Positions 30,271 to 40,676 are shown, numbered from the stretch's first letter. The stretch is DNA of 64,000 nt from Trueperaceae bacterium (GCA_040905465.1 JBBDRK010000049.1:160001-224000), one strand, 5' to 3'. Notes: generated by a model from the sequence alone, not told the origin. Numbers and translations are program-made.

Positions 30271-31201
30271 TGCCGCTCGCCTCGTCGAGGCCACCCGTCG
30301 CTGCCAGCACGTCGCGCACCCGGTTGTGATGCTCCGCCAGCAGCGACAGCGCCTCTTCCCGCGAAACGCCGGCCCGCAGGCAGACTATCGCCACCCTGAT
30401 CGAGCCTCCGGCGCTCACCAGGGCCTCACGCGAGCGCTCCTCGCCGGCCTCGGTAGCCCTGTCGACTATCGCCACCGCCCGCCGGCGCAACTTATCGTTC
30501 GACTGCACCATTCCCACCATCAGGTTCCGATATGCACCACCGAGCCTCACCAGTGCCGCCGTCGACAGTGTGTTGAGCGCAACCTTCTGAGCCGTACCCG
30601 CCGACAGTCGGGTCGAGCCCGCCAGCACCTCCGGACCCGTCTCCAGGCAGATCGGGAACTGCGCCGCCGCCAGCAGCGGAGTATTGCGATTGTTGGCTAT
30701 CCCCACGGTCAGCGCGCCGAGTTCGCCGGCGATCTCGAGCACGGCCACAGTGTAGGGCGTGCGGCCGCTGGCAGCGATGGCAATGACAGCATCCTGCGGG
30801 CCGACTGCCGCATCCTCGACGGCTCGCCGGGCCGCGTCGGTGTCGTCCTCGGCGCCTTCACGCGCCCTAGCTCCGGCCCCCTCGCCCCCCGCGAGGAGCA
30901 CTACCGTCCGGTCGAACCCGAACGTGGGCGGCAGTTCGGCTGCGTCCTGCAAGGCCAGCCGGCCGGAAGTGCCGGCACCGGCGTACACCAGCCTGCCGCC
31001 TCCGGCGATCCGCTCGACGATAGCCTCGGCGGCCGAGGTAAGTTGCGGCAGGGCGGCGGCGACCGCCTCGATGGACCGCCGGTTGGCGTCCACCAGCTCA
31101 CGGACGGTCCTGTCCGCCGGCCAGCGATCGAGATCCCGGTAGCGCTCGGCACTGGACTCGGTCACCTCCCCGGACGTATCACTACCCGCGTCCTCATCCA
31201 C
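30260..31201 (-). CDS. murQ: N-acetylmuramic acid 6-phosphate etherase
   Basis: GAGTSGRL, ELPPTF, EGAED, ASGRTPY, GPEVLAGSTRLSAGTAQK, NLMV, NDKL. Confidence 0.95.
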   Translation of the reverse strand: MDEDAGSDTSGEVTESSAERYRDLDRWPADRTVRELVDANRRSIEAVAAALPQLTSAAEAIVERIAGGGRLVYAGAGTSGRLALQDAAELPPTFGFDRTVVLLAGGEGAGARAREGAEDDTDAARRAVEDAAVGPQDAVIAIAASGRTPYTVAVLEIAGELGALTVGIANNRNTPLLAAAQFPICLETGPEVLAGSTRLSAGTAQKVALNTLSTAALVRLGGAYRNLMVGMVQSNDKLRRRAVAIVDRATEAGEERSREALVSAGGSIRVAIVCLRAGVSREEALSLLAEHHNRVRDVLAATGGLDEASGINQ

Positions 31202-31231
31202 GCGATGCCCCTCCCCACATCCGAATCCCCG

Positions 31232-32002
31232 TCACGCGCCTCTCCCCGGCGTCCCCGCCTGCGCCCGCAGGTCCAACGCCATCCGGTAGCGGTCGCCGCG
31301 GTAGGCGCTGCGAACGAACTCGAACGGCCGGCCGTCGGCGTCGTAGGTGGTGCGCTCCATCGCCAGTACCGGAACGCCCGAATCGAGATCGAGCAGGCCT
31401 CGCTCGCGCGCCGTCGGCATTCGGGCGCCTATCGTCTGCCGCGCGCGCGAGGCCTCGATTCCGTACTGGGCGGCGATCGCACGGTAGAGCGAGCCCAACT
31501 CCTCGAGGCGTTCCAAAGCCAGATCGGCGAGGTGGGGCGCCAGGTGCGCTACCTGAAGCGCCAGCGGGGCGTCGTCCGCTGTGCGCAGGCGCGTGAGCCG
31601 CAACAGCGGTTCGCCCGGCGACACCTCCAGCCATCGCGCGGTCGCGCCGTCCGCGGGATGGCGATCCACCTCCAACATTCGCCCGCCCGGCCGCAACCCG
31701 AGCCGGCTGGCCTCCTCGCCAAAGCCCTGAAGCCGGTCTATGGTCTGCTCGACCGGACCCTCGCGCACGAACGTGCCGGAGCCCTGGCGCTGTTCGACCA
31801 AGCCCTCCGAAACGAGCTCCTCGAAGGCGCGCCTGACCGTCATCCTCGACAGCGCCAGCGTTTCCGACAGCTCACGCTCCGAGGGCAGGGCGCTGCCGGG
31901 CAAGAGCTCTCCCGTCCTTATAGCGCGGCTGAGTTGCTCGCGAAGCTGGAGATAGGCCGGAGTCGGCAGCTTCTTGTCGATATTCAACCGGGCGGAAGTC
32001 AC
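31232..32002 (-). CDS. GntR/HutC family regulator (NagR/DasR-like)
   Basis: LPSERELSETLALSRMTVRRA, QGSGTFV, C-terminal UTRA domain ending YRGDRY; GTG start inferred at 32002. Confidence 0.92.
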   Translation of the reverse strand: MTSARLNIDKKLPTPAYLQLREQLSRAIRTGELLPGSALPSERELSETLALSRMTVRRAFEELVSEGLVEQRQGSGTFVREGPVEQTIDRLQGFGEEASRLGLRPGGRMLEVDRHPADGATARWLEVSPGEPLLRLTRLRTADDAPLALQVAHLAPHLADLALERLEELGSLYRAIAAQYGIEASRARQTIGARMPTARERGLLDLDSGVPVLAMERTTYDADGRPFEFVRSAYRGDRYRMALDLRAQAGTPGRGA

Positions 32003-32079
32003 TCGCGACCCTTTGAGCCGGAGCCTGGTGCGACCAGGAAACCGACGATTGCACGGACAGCGAACAGGGCGTTCATCCC

Positions 32080-32940
32080 TCAGCCACCTCCAGTAGCCAG
32101 CCAGTAAACTCCGGCCAACATCACCACGCCCGCCAGCAGCTTGCGGGCCAACCTGTCCCGCTCCCGTAGCAGGACCACGCCAACGACCACCAGGACGAAC
32201 ATGCGTATCTGGGCCGCGAGGATCACCTGGCCGGCGCCGCCACCGGCCGCGAACGCGAGAATCAGCAGCAACTGGGTGAAGGCGAACGTCGCCGCCACCA
32301 GCCAGGAGGCAACGCCCCACAGCGCCGGCATGCGCAATTCGGCCGGGCGGGGACGCACCAGCGCCAGCACGCCGATTCCGGTGAGGAGCAGGTTCAGCGC
32401 GGTGTACCCCATCGGCGGAAAATGAAGGCTGAGCGACTTGTCGATCACGTTGCCGGCGCCGAAGGCCAAGGCGGCGGCGAGAGCCAGCCATTGGGCGCGA
32501 TTGAAGCCGAACCGGTCGTGTCCTCCCTGCCCGGCGCGCGACAGCAGCGCCACCGAGGCCAGGATCAGGCCGGCGCCCAGAACGGTGCCGTAGGCGGCAC
32601 GTTCTCCCAGGAGCACCAGGCCGCCTACGAAGGTCCACAGCGCAGAACTGCGCAACAGCAGATCGATCTCCGACAGTTGCGCCTGCGCCAGGGCGGCGAA
32701 GTAGAGCAGGTTGCCGGCAACGTACACCGCCATCATCAGCAACAGTCCGAGGGCGTTGCCCGATACCGGTCCGAGGCCGCCGCCGACCACTGGGACGAGA
32801 ACGAGGCACAGCAACCCGCCGGTGAGATGGACGGTGCCGGCGGCAACCTCGGGGCGCACGCGTGCAACCAGGCCCTTCGAGGCCCAGACGTTCACGGCGC
32901 TTGCCAAGCCGGCGCTGAGCGCGAAAGCTAGCCAGGTCAT
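32080..32940 (-). CDS. EamA/DMT family transporter
   Basis: About ten hydrophobic helices in two repeats, each ending LLGER/LLRER. Confidence 0.85.
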   Translation of the reverse strand: MTWLAFALSAGLASAVNVWASKGLVARVRPEVAAGTVHLTGGLLCLVLVPVVGGGLGPVSGNALGLLLMMAVYVAGNLLYFAALAQAQLSEIDLLLRSSALWTFVGGLVLLGERAAYGTVLGAGLILASVALLSRAGQGGHDRFGFNRAQWLALAAALAFGAGNVIDKSLSLHFPPMGYTALNLLLTGIGVLALVRPRPAELRMPALWGVASWLVAATFAFTQLLLILAFAAGGGAGQVILAAQIRMFVLVVVGVVLLRERDRLARKLLAGVVMLAGVYWLATGGG

Positions 32941-32992
32941 AGTCGGCGCACCGTCGGATTCTGCTCCGGGCGCTCGTCGAGAGCAGTAACTG

Positions 32993-33868
32993 TCACGAAA
33001 TCACGTCTTTCAGGGTCGGGTCGAGAAGGTCTCTAAGGCCGTCGCCAAGCAGATTGAAACCGAGTGCCGCCAGGAGGATCGCAAACCCCGAGAAAACCGA
33101 GGTCCACGGTGAGATCAGCATGTAATCGCGACTCTCGGACAGCATCAGGCCCAAGGACGGAGTCGGCGGCTGCGTTCCCAGGCCCAGGAAGGACAGCGCT
33201 GCTTCCACGAGGATTGCTGTCGAGAGGGAGAGAGACACCTGCACCATGATCGGGGCGAAGATGTTCGGCGCCACGTGACGAAACATGATGCGTCTGCCTC
33301 GAGCCCCAAGCGCCCGCGCCGCCATTACGTAATCCCAGGAGAGAACGCTCAGTGCCGGCCCCCGAGCCAGGCGAGCGAATACCGGTATGTAAACCATGCC
33401 TATGGCGAGCGCAGTGTTCCAGGATCCAGGTCCCAGGAGAGCAAGTATCCCGATCGCCAGAAGGATTACCGGAAAGGCCAGCAACACGTCCATCAAGCGC
33501 ATCAGGAGTCGGTCGACCCAACCGCCGCTGTAGGCGCCCACGAGACCGATGACGCCGCCGATCACGAGGGCAAGCGACACAGCCAGGGCTGCTATCCCGA
33601 CACTGATTCTGTAACCGTGCAGGACTCGCGAAAATACGTCGCGTCCGAAGTTGTCCGTACCCATGGGGTGTTCGAGGCTGGGAGCGCTGAAGCGTTCGCG
33701 GATGTTCTGTTCCCGCACTCCGTACGAGCTCAGAAGTGGGGCGAACAGGGCACTCATTATCACGAGCAGCGACAGGAGCAGGCCACTGAAGCCGACGCGA
33801 TTTCGGTAGAGGCGGGACACGAACCGAAAGGAGGTACCTAGCCCGATTACCAGCGGGACTCCACTCAT
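32993..33868 (-). CDS. Peptide/nickel-family ABC permease (DppC-like)
   Basis: HPMGTDNFGRD, AARALGA, EAALSFLGLG; ATGA overlap. Confidence 0.92.
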   Translation of the reverse strand: MSGVPLVIGLGTSFRFVSRLYRNRVGFSGLLLSLLVIMSALFAPLLSSYGVREQNIRERFSAPSLEHPMGTDNFGRDVFSRVLHGYRISVGIAALAVSLALVIGGVIGLVGAYSGGWVDRLLMRLMDVLLAFPVILLAIGILALLGPGSWNTALAIGMVYIPVFARLARGPALSVLSWDYVMAARALGARGRRIMFRHVAPNIFAPIMVQVSLSLSTAILVEAALSFLGLGTQPPTPSLGLMLSESRDYMLISPWTSVFSGFAILLAALGFNLLGDGLRDLLDPTLKDVIS

Positions 33869-34815
33869 GAATACTCCACTCGCGGATCTATCCACGCGTA
33901 CGCCAGGTCGACCAGCAGGTTCACCAGCACGAAAATGGTGGTAACCACCAGGATGACACCTTGTACCAGCGGATAGTTCCGCTCGTTGACGGCCCCGATG
34001 ATCAGGCGTCCGAGTCCCGGGATGGCGAATACCTGCTCGATTACTACGACTCCGCTCAACAGATAACCAACCTGAACACCCAACACCGTTATCACGGGGA
34101 TCATGGCGTTACGGAGGGCATGGCGGTAGACGATTGCACGCTGCTGCACCCCTTTGGCGCGAGCGGTACGAATATAGTCCAGGTTGAGCACCTCCAGCAG
34201 GCTCGACCGAATGATCCTGGTAAGCGCCGCCACGACCGGAAGCGACACCGCCACCGACGGAAGCAGCAGTCGCTGCAAATTTCCCACCGGATCGCTGCCG
34301 AACGAAACATAGCCGATGCTGGGCCAGGCGGGAATGTAGAGCGAGAACGCATATATGAACAGCACTCCTACCCAGAACGAGGGCAGCGTGAGGCCGACTA
34401 TGGAGCCAACGCGCACGAACAGATCGCTCCAACCGCCGCGGGCGCGCGCTGCCACGATGCCCAGCGGAAAACTGAGGAGCAGTGCGATTGCCAGGGCCAA
34501 CAGGGTGACTTCGAGGGTCACGGGCAGGCGGCTCGTTATCTCGGTGCTCACCGGCCGTCCGGTCCAGACGCTGTTGCCGAAGTCGCCTCGAACCACGCCG
34601 TAAAGCCATTGAAGGTACTGCTCGTGTATTGGCAGGTGCAGCCCGAGTTGGCGGCGCAGTGCCTCCACTCGCTCAGGGGTGATGTCGATGTTGGCACCGA
34701 GCATGATCGCCACAGCGTCGCCAGGTATGAAGCGCAGCATGAGGAACACAAGGATCGACACGCTGAGCAGCACGAAGACCAGGTCGAACAAGCGGCGGAT
34801 GATATAGACGGTCAC
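33865..34815 (-). CDS. Peptide/nickel-family ABC permease (DppB-like)
   Basis: PGDA, GDFG, DYIRTARAKG, EQVFAIPGLG, DPRV. Confidence 0.92.
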   Translation of the reverse strand: MTVYIIRRLFDLVFVLLSVSILVFLMLRFIPGDAVAIMLGANIDITPERVEALRRQLGLHLPIHEQYLQWLYGVVRGDFGNSVWTGRPVSTEITSRLPVTLEVTLLALAIALLLSFPLGIVAARARGGWSDLFVRVGSIVGLTLPSFWVGVLFIYAFSLYIPAWPSIGYVSFGSDPVGNLQRLLLPSVAVSLPVVAALTRIIRSSLLEVLNLDYIRTARAKGVQQRAIVYRHALRNAMIPVITVLGVQVGYLLSGVVVIEQVFAIPGLGRLIIGAVNERNYPLVQGVILVVTTIFVLVNLLVDLAYAWIDPRVEYS

Positions 34816-34870
34816 TTCAGATCATCCACGCGCGGCGACACGGGAGTTGCCGGCACCTGCAGTCACCGGT

Positions 34871-36136
34871 TCACCTCCGCCGATTCACAGCGAACGGAGT
34901 TTCCGCCTGCGGCTTCAGCCAGGGGTCCACCGCCAGCTCGTCGGCAACCTGTAGCGCCCGGTAGACGCTGCTCATTATCGGCACTGTGAACCGATGCGGC
35001 TCGGCGTAGGGAAGGGCGGAGTGCACGCGGTTGGTCAGGAGCACTGTGACCAGATCGCTATCGGGATCGATGAAGAGCTGCGTGCCGGTAAAGCCTTGGT
35101 GGCCGAACGTTCGCGGTGACTCGGACAGTCGATTGGTCCACCATCCCAGGCCCTGGCCGGGAGTCACCTTGGGCGTCGTGAACCAAGTGGCGATGTCACG
35201 CCGCAGCCAGGCTTCGTCCCGACCGAGCACTGCGTCCAACATCGCCTCCCCCACCTTCACCAGGTCCTCGGCGTTGGCGAACAGCCCGGCATGGCCGGCT
35301 ACCCCGTTGAATACGAGATGACAGTTGGCATCGTTGACCTCCGCCTTCAGTACGTGACCACGCCAATTCGGCAAGTCTTTCACCCCCCGCCGCAGGTCTA
35401 CCGGAAAGGTGCGTTCGGAACACATCCGCTCCTCCATGCGGTTACCCAGCGAGGTGGCGGCAGTGCGCTCACGCCAGGCCTCAGGCGGCCGGTAGCGGCT
35501 ATGTCGGAGATTCAGCGGCCCCGCTATCCGCTCCTCGAACAGCGAATCGAGAGCAACTCCAGCCGCCGCCTCTATGAGTTTGCCCAGAACGACGAAATTT
35601 GCGTCGCTGTAGCATCTCTGTCGGCCAGGGGTATAGGTTTGGGGAAGTCGAGCGATCTGCCCCAGAGAGTCGTCGCCGTTGTCGACGAGGAGGTAGAAGG
35701 GCAGCCAGTTGGTAAGCCCGGAAGAGTGGGTGAGCAGGTGCGCGACGCTGATCTCTCGCTTCCCGGGGCGGTCGAAGGCCGACAAGTATCGGCATATGGG
35801 GTCGGTGAGGCGAAGCGCGCCATCCTGGAAAAGCAGCGCTGTCAGGTTAGCGGTCGACACGGCCTTGCTTATCGAGGCCAGGTCGAAAACGGTGTCGTTT
35901 TCCATCGCCCTCGGCACGGGCAGGGGAACAGCGTGACGGTCGAAGAGTTCAGCATATCCGTAGGCCGCACTCTTGACGACGTTGCCCTCGTGGACCACCA
36001 GCAAGACCGCTCCCGCGAAAGCTCCGTCGTCCGCCGCCTCCTGCTTCAGCAGCCCGGACACCGTCTCGTCCACGGTAACCCACGCTTTGCCGGCCCCCGT
36101 TGCGCTCGACCGACCAGGCTCGCTAGACACCGTCAC
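34871..36136 (-). CDS. Beta-lactamase-family serine hydrolase (AmiE-like candidate)
   Basis: FDLASISK (SxxK), LLTHSSG, YSD, VNDAN, AGHAGLF, GHQGFTG, LTNR. Confidence 0.88.
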   Translation of the reverse strand: MTVSSEPGRSSATGAGKAWVTVDETVSGLLKQEAADDGAFAGAVLLVVHEGNVVKSAAYGYAELFDRHAVPLPVPRAMENDTVFDLASISKAVSTANLTALLFQDGALRLTDPICRYLSAFDRPGKREISVAHLLTHSSGLTNWLPFYLLVDNGDDSLGQIARLPQTYTPGRQRCYSDANFVVLGKLIEAAAGVALDSLFEERIAGPLNLRHSRYRPPEAWRERTAATSLGNRMEERMCSERTFPVDLRRGVKDLPNWRGHVLKAEVNDANCHLVFNGVAGHAGLFANAEDLVKVGEAMLDAVLGRDEAWLRRDIATWFTTPKVTPGQGLGWWTNRLSESPRTFGHQGFTGTQLFIDPDSDLVTVLLTNRVHSALPYAEPHRFTVPIMSSVYRALQVADELAVDPWLKPQAETPFAVNRRR

Positions 36137-37145
36137 CCGCCCCCGGCCCCTTGGACCATCGCTCGCTCGTCAGCACCGCTCGCGGATTGTCGACAACCAT
36201 CGTCTCTACGGTTTGTTGCGACACGCCAGCAGCGAGCAGCCGCGGGACGAATCGTTCCCAAAGGTATGAATACCCCCACTCTCCAATGGTGGCGGCGTTT
36301 GACAGGCCTTCGCTCCACAGGATGTCCGAGGACATTACGATCTGCGAGGCGAAGCCCTGTCGCAGCAGCTCGACCAATACCTTCAGGCGCTCTTCGTCTT
36401 CGATGTGATACTCCTCGAGCAAATAGGCATAGCGTTCATAACCCGCCTGCTGATGTCGGCGGTAGTGAAAGACTTCCTTGCCGATCGTGTCGAACGCGAT
36501 CGTCACCCCGGTCTTGAGAATCTGCAGGTGATAGGACGGCTGGCGATTGAGATCGCAATGACCAATCACGATTCGAGCTGGATCGACTCCGCTCTCGAGA
36601 AGTAGATCGGCCTGTTCCCTGCCCATCGTTCCCAGGGTCGTGTGAGTGGTTATCGGCAGACCCGTAAGGCGATGAGCCTCTGCCGCGGCCAAAAATATTT
36701 TCCGCTCGGTCGCTGTGATAGTCCCCTTGCTGCTGCCTACCTTGATGATTCCCGGTTTCACGCCGGTATCCTCGATACCCCGTTCAATCTCCTCGACCAT
36801 GAAGCGGGTTAGCTCGTGGACGTCGGCCTGGTGCGCGAAGGCCGGGCAAGCAGGCTCCTTGTAGAAGCCGGTCGCGGCGACAATGGTCATGCCGGTCGAC
36901 GCAGACAGACGTTGCAAAACCCTCGGTTCGCGCCCCTTGCCGTACGGCGTGACGTCTACGACTGTCGAGACGCCGTGGTCGCGGAGCTGACGAACCTCGC
37001 GTTCCATCACGTCGATGGTCTGAGAAGGTACGAACGCGTGGCGACCCGATGACCGGTCCGAGGCACCGCGCGGCGCCAGGTGCTCGTGCATCATCGTCTT
37101 GCCCAGCTCGGAAGCCGAAACCGGGCCCGTTACACTCTGAACCAT
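36123..37145 (-). CDS. Phosphotriesterase-family amidohydrolase
   Basis: MHEH, VDVTP..GR, ATGFY, GIIK, TTHT, IGH, FD, SSD, DNP. Confidence 0.9.
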   Translation of the reverse strand: MVQSVTGPVSASELGKTMMHEHLAPRGASDRSSGRHAFVPSQTIDVMEREVRQLRDHGVSTVVDVTPYGKGREPRVLQRLSASTGMTIVAATGFYKEPACPAFAHQADVHELTRFMVEEIERGIEDTGVKPGIIKVGSSKGTITATERKIFLAAAEAHRLTGLPITTHTTLGTMGREQADLLLESGVDPARIVIGHCDLNRQPSYHLQILKTGVTIAFDTIGKEVFHYRRHQQAGYERYAYLLEEYHIEDEERLKVLVELLRQGFASQIVMSSDILWSEGLSNAATIGEWGYSYLWERFVPRLLAAGVSQQTVETMVVDNPRAVLTSERWSKGPGAGDGV

Positions 37146-37182
37146 GTCCCTCCGGGAAGCTGCCGTACTCGATCGTACTGGC

Positions 37183-37216
37183 CGCCGGAGGAAGAAAGGC
37201 GGCTCCTCCTCCGGCG
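37183..37216 (-). terminator. Stem-loop downstream of the substrate-binding gene
   Basis: CGCCGGAGGA / TCCTCCGGCG 10-bp inverted repeat. Confidence 0.55.
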
Positions 37217-37227
37217 ATTTGCTGCGG

Positions 37228-38718
37228 CTACTCTACGGTTACATTCCTGAGGTAGCGAAGGCTCCGCGTCGGTATCTGCTGGAAGCCCTCGACATTGTCC
37301 CTCATGGCGCTGAACAGGGTTGCGTATGCCACGTGCACGATTGGGCCCTCGCAGGCGAGAATCTGCTGGACTTCACGGTAGATTTCCTGCCGTTCCGCCT
37401 GATCCACCGTGACCTGGCCACGTTCGAGCAGCTCATCGACCTCGGGGTTGTCGTAGTTGAAGACGTTCGTTGACCCACCGCTATGGAAGGTCCGGAAGAG
37501 ATAGCCGTCAGGGTCGACGGTGCCACCGTTACGGCTGGCGAAGGAGTCGAAGTTCGAGTTGCTCCAGTCCTGCACGAAGGTACCGAACTCCTCGATGTTG
37601 ATGCTTGCGTCGATTCCGACGTCGGCGTATTGGGCCTGGAGGACCTGCGCCATGTCGGTGATCGCCTTGATGCGCGAGAACGTGAGGATTTCCATCTGGA
37701 AGCCATCGCCGTAGCCGGCCTCCGCCAGCAGATCGCGAGCGGCATCCGGGTCGGTATCGTAGCAGGCGAACTCCTCCACGGGAACCGCCCAGTCCTTCAG
37801 TGCGGGGCTCAGCGGTCCTGCGGCGACAGCGTCACCGAAGTACACGGCATCTACCACCTCACCGCGATCAGTCGCCATGTTTATCGCCCGTCGGACGCGA
37901 GGATCGCCTAGCGGCCCACGCTCCAGGTTGAGGCCCAACAGGGCGTACGCCAAATCGTCGGTCTGCAGCATCTCCACCGTAGGACTGCGCGCAAGCGTCT
38001 GAGCGGTAATGGCGTCAACGTCAGGAAGGAAGTCGTATGTGCCGCTGCGGAGGCCGGCAGCGCGTGCGGTGGCCTCGGGAACGATGTGAAACAGCAATGC
38101 CTGCACGCCGGGCTCTCCGTCCCGGTAGTAGTCGGGGTTGGCGGTCAACAGGACCGAGGTGTCCGGAACCCACTCATCGAACACGAATGGGCCGGTGCCG
38201 ACGGCGACTTGCTGCAGGTTGCCGTGCTCCTCGACCACCTCGCGCGGGACGATGGCGAGGTCGGTCAGATTGCTGAGAAACGGTGCGAAGGGGGCGTTCA
38301 TATGGAACACCACGGTGAGGTCGCCCGTTGCTTCAGCGGATTCGACCTGGGAGAAGCGACTGGCAAACGGCGAGCCGGTATCCTCCGCCATCACCCGGTC
38401 GAACGAATACACCACGTCGTCCGCAGTGAGCTCGCGGCCATTGTGGAACTTGACGCCGGAGCGGAGTTGGAAGGTGTAAGCGAGGCCGTCGTCCGAAACT
38501 TCCCACGACTCGGCCAGTGCCGGCTCGAGCTGGAGATCGGCGTTGAGTTCGACCAGGTCCTCATAGACTTGATCGATAATTGCAAAGGTTGCGAAGGCGG
38601 TTGCTACGTGCGGATCCAGGCCGACCGGCGACTGATCGACCGCGATGTCGAGCGTGCCGCTCTGTGCGGCCACGATTCCACCGGTCGTCAAGAGTAACGC
38701 GATTACCCATCTGCGCAT
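37228..38718 (-). CDS. Family 5 (Opp/Dpp-type) ABC substrate-binding protein
   Basis: Signal peptide; LDPH, LAESWEVSDDG, KFHNG, ADDVVYS, GTGPF, VRRAI. Confidence 0.92.
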   Translation of the reverse strand: MRRWVIALLLTTGGIVAAQSGTLDIAVDQSPVGLDPHVATAFATFAIIDQVYEDLVELNADLQLEPALAESWEVSDDGLAYTFQLRSGVKFHNGRELTADDVVYSFDRVMAEDTGSPFASRFSQVESAEATGDLTVVFHMNAPFAPFLSNLTDLAIVPREVVEEHGNLQQVAVGTGPFVFDEWVPDTSVLLTANPDYYRDGEPGVQALLFHIVPEATARAAGLRSGTYDFLPDVDAITAQTLARSPTVEMLQTDDLAYALLGLNLERGPLGDPRVRRAINMATDRGEVVDAVYFGDAVAAGPLSPALKDWAVPVEEFACYDTDPDAARDLLAEAGYGDGFQMEILTFSRIKAITDMAQVLQAQYADVGIDASINIEEFGTFVQDWSNSNFDSFASRNGGTVDPDGYLFRTFHSGGSTNVFNYDNPEVDELLERGQVTVDQAERQEIYREVQQILACEGPIVHVAYATLFSAMRDNVEGFQQIPTRSLRYLRNVTVE

Positions 38719-38850
38719 GACTTTCCTCCCAATCTATCTGCTTGCATCTCTTCGGTTGTCTGGCTCGAAAGTTCCGGCGGCGATCTCTGCAAGTTCGGTC
38801 TCACGCTCCTTCGGGAAGGCTGGCTCGATGCGGCACCAGAAACCCGGTCA

Positions 38851-39354
38851 TCAGCCCGAGATGGGCCGACCTGGCTTCCGGTATATGCACTCGGTCTGCC
38901 CAGTCACGACATAGTCTTCCAGGGCGCCGACCTGATGGTAACCACGTCGCTCATAGAAGCGCCGCGCTCTGAGGTTGGTGGCGGTGACCAACAGCAGCAC
39001 GTCATCATCGTCGCCCAGCAACTCCTCCTCGGCGGCGTCCATGAGAAGGTCACCGACGCCTTTTGCCTGGTACTCGCGTGCTATTACCAAAAGGCGGATG
39101 TAACCGCTCCGTGCGAAGGCTCCGTGCCTCATCAACCACACGAAGCCCGCCGGCCCGACGTCGCCGTCTGCGACGAGCAGCAGACTGGCACTCTCGGGCA
39201 TTCGGTCGATCTCGCTGCGCAGACGCGTCGGCGTCGCCCCGTACTCTGCCAACATCGGATATTCGGTCGCCAGCAGCAGATAACGCTCACTCTCACCGGG
39301 AGGACACGCCCTTATGACTATCGGCTGACCCTGCCGCGGCTCCCTACACTCCAT
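38851..39354 (-). CDS. GNAT family N-acetyltransferase
   Basis: YQAKGVG acetyl-CoA motif, NLRARRFYERRGY; purine-rich RBS before the ATG at 39354. Confidence 0.85.
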   Translation of the reverse strand: MECREPRQGQPIVIRACPPGESERYLLLATEYPMLAEYGATPTRLRSEIDRMPESASLLLVADGDVGPAGFVWLMRHGAFARSGYIRLLVIAREYQAKGVGDLLMDAAEEELLGDDDDVLLLVTATNLRARRFYERRGYHQVGALEDYVVTGQTECIYRKPGRPISG

Positions 39355-39469
39355 GGCTCTCCCTTCCGACGTCGCTGCGCGAGTTTGGACTGGCGTCGCC
39401 GTTGGTCCGATTCCAGCCACACGCGGGCACGCCGAGTACCGTTCGCGCTGTCGCAATCGACGCGAAAAC

Positions 39470-39489
39470 TATACCATTCCTAGACCACT
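39470..39489. promoter_or_regulatory. Candidate GntR operator (two direct repeats, 11-bp period)
   Basis: TATACCA at 39470 and TAGACCA at 39481 in the divergent promoter region. Confidence 0.6.
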
Positions 39490-39515
39490 CGGGTCAATCG
39501 TGCTAGTCTCGCGCC

Positions 39516-40676
39516 ATGAGCCTGCCGAAGGCGGAAAGCGTGTTGAGATCGGCCATCCGAGACGGCGTGACGGTCGCAGCGGTAGCAGCCGCCGGTCGGC
39601 AGGCGGGCAGCGGCGGCGGCCCGCCGGAAAGCACTCTGGCGCTCGGCCTGTGCCGCGAGAACGGTCCCGTGACGAGCACCGACACGCGCTTCGATCTCGC
39701 CTCGTTGACCAAGGTGGTGGCCACATTGCCGTCGGTGTTGAGGCTCGCTTCGAACGGCGAGCTGTCGCTGGACGACCGGATCGGGCGCTTCTTCAGCAAC
39801 GCCGGCTGGTTCCAGTCACCTTCGCTGGCCGACGCCACCATTCGAGAGCTTCTCACTCACACCTCCGGGCTGCCGGCCTGGCGCCCGCTGTTCGCGGAGA
39901 TGGACGAACGCCACACCGCAGTTGCGGCAGTTCTGCAGTCGAGGCTCGAGCATCCCGGCAGGTTCGTGTACAGCGACCTCGGCTTCATGCTTCTGGGAAC
40001 GTTGGTCGAGCGCGTAGCCGGAGTCCGACTCGACCGGTTCGCCAGGCACGAAATCTTCGCTCCGCTGAGCATGGACCGGACCCGCTTCGGTCCCATCAGC
40101 GGAGTACCTGTGGCGGCGACCGAGGACTGCGGATGGCGCGGCCGGCTGCTGGAGGGCGAAGTGCACGACGAAAACGCTACCGTCTGGGATGGCGTGGCCG
40201 GACATGCCGGGCTGTTCGGAACCGCCGCCGACCTCGCGACATATTGCCGTGCCTGGCTCGAGCTCGACTCGAGGTTGGGCAGCGAGGCACTGCTGGTCGA
40301 GGCAACCAGCGAACAGGCCCGGGGCGACGACGGCAGTCGCCGCGGCCTCGGCTGGATGCTGGCGTCGGAGGGTTGCTTCGCCGGGCATGGTGCACGCGGC
40401 TACGGCCATACCGGTTTCACCGGTACCTCGCTATGGCTCGAGTCGGACGCGAAGGCGGGGGCTGGCGGCAGTTTTGCCGTCCTGCTCACCAACCGGGTTC
40501 ACCCTCACCGCGACCGGCGCACGGGCATCGCCGAACTGCGGATCGCGTTCCACGAGGCGCTCCGGACCGGCAGCGACGGACCAGGAGGCGAAAATGGGAG
40601 GGACAAGCACCAGAGGGACGACGATACGACAAGCGACGCTCCGCGGCGCGCCGAACCGGAAGGGGGCAAGAGGTGA
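39516..40676 (+). CDS. Second beta-lactamase-family serine hydrolase (AmiE-like candidate)
   Basis: FDLASLTK, LLTHTSG, YSD, GEVHDEN, AGHAGLF, GHTGFTG, LTNRVHP. Confidence 0.9.
   Translation: MSLPKAESVLRSAIRDGVTVAAVAAAGRQAGSGGGPPESTLALGLCRENGPVTSTDTRFDLASLTKVVATLPSVLRLASNGELSLDDRIGRFFSNAGWFQSPSLADATIRELLTHTSGLPAWRPLFAEMDERHTAVAAVLQSRLEHPGRFVYSDLGFMLLGTLVERVAGVRLDRFARHEIFAPLSMDRTRFGPISGVPVAATEDCGWRGRLLEGEVHDENATVWDGVAGHAGLFGTAADLATYCRAWLELDSRLGSEALLVEATSEQARGDDGSRRGLGWMLASEGCFAGHGARGYGHTGFTGTSLWLESDAKAGAGGSFAVLLTNRVHPHRDRRTGIAELRIAFHEALRTGSDGPGGENGRDKHQRDDDTTSDAPRRAEPEGGKR

Noticed and set aside
31232-32809. Apparent 525-aa GntR with a long N-terminal extension
   Set aside because: The extension overlaps the DMT gene out of frame. 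Similar spurious extensions were trimmed for iolC, iolE, iolD and the metallophosphoesterase.
34871-40676. Antibiotic-resistance beta-lactamases and an organophosphate hydrolase
   Set aside because: Only family-level motifs; no obvious signal peptides, and the amino-sugar context favours amidase/esterase/lactonase roles.
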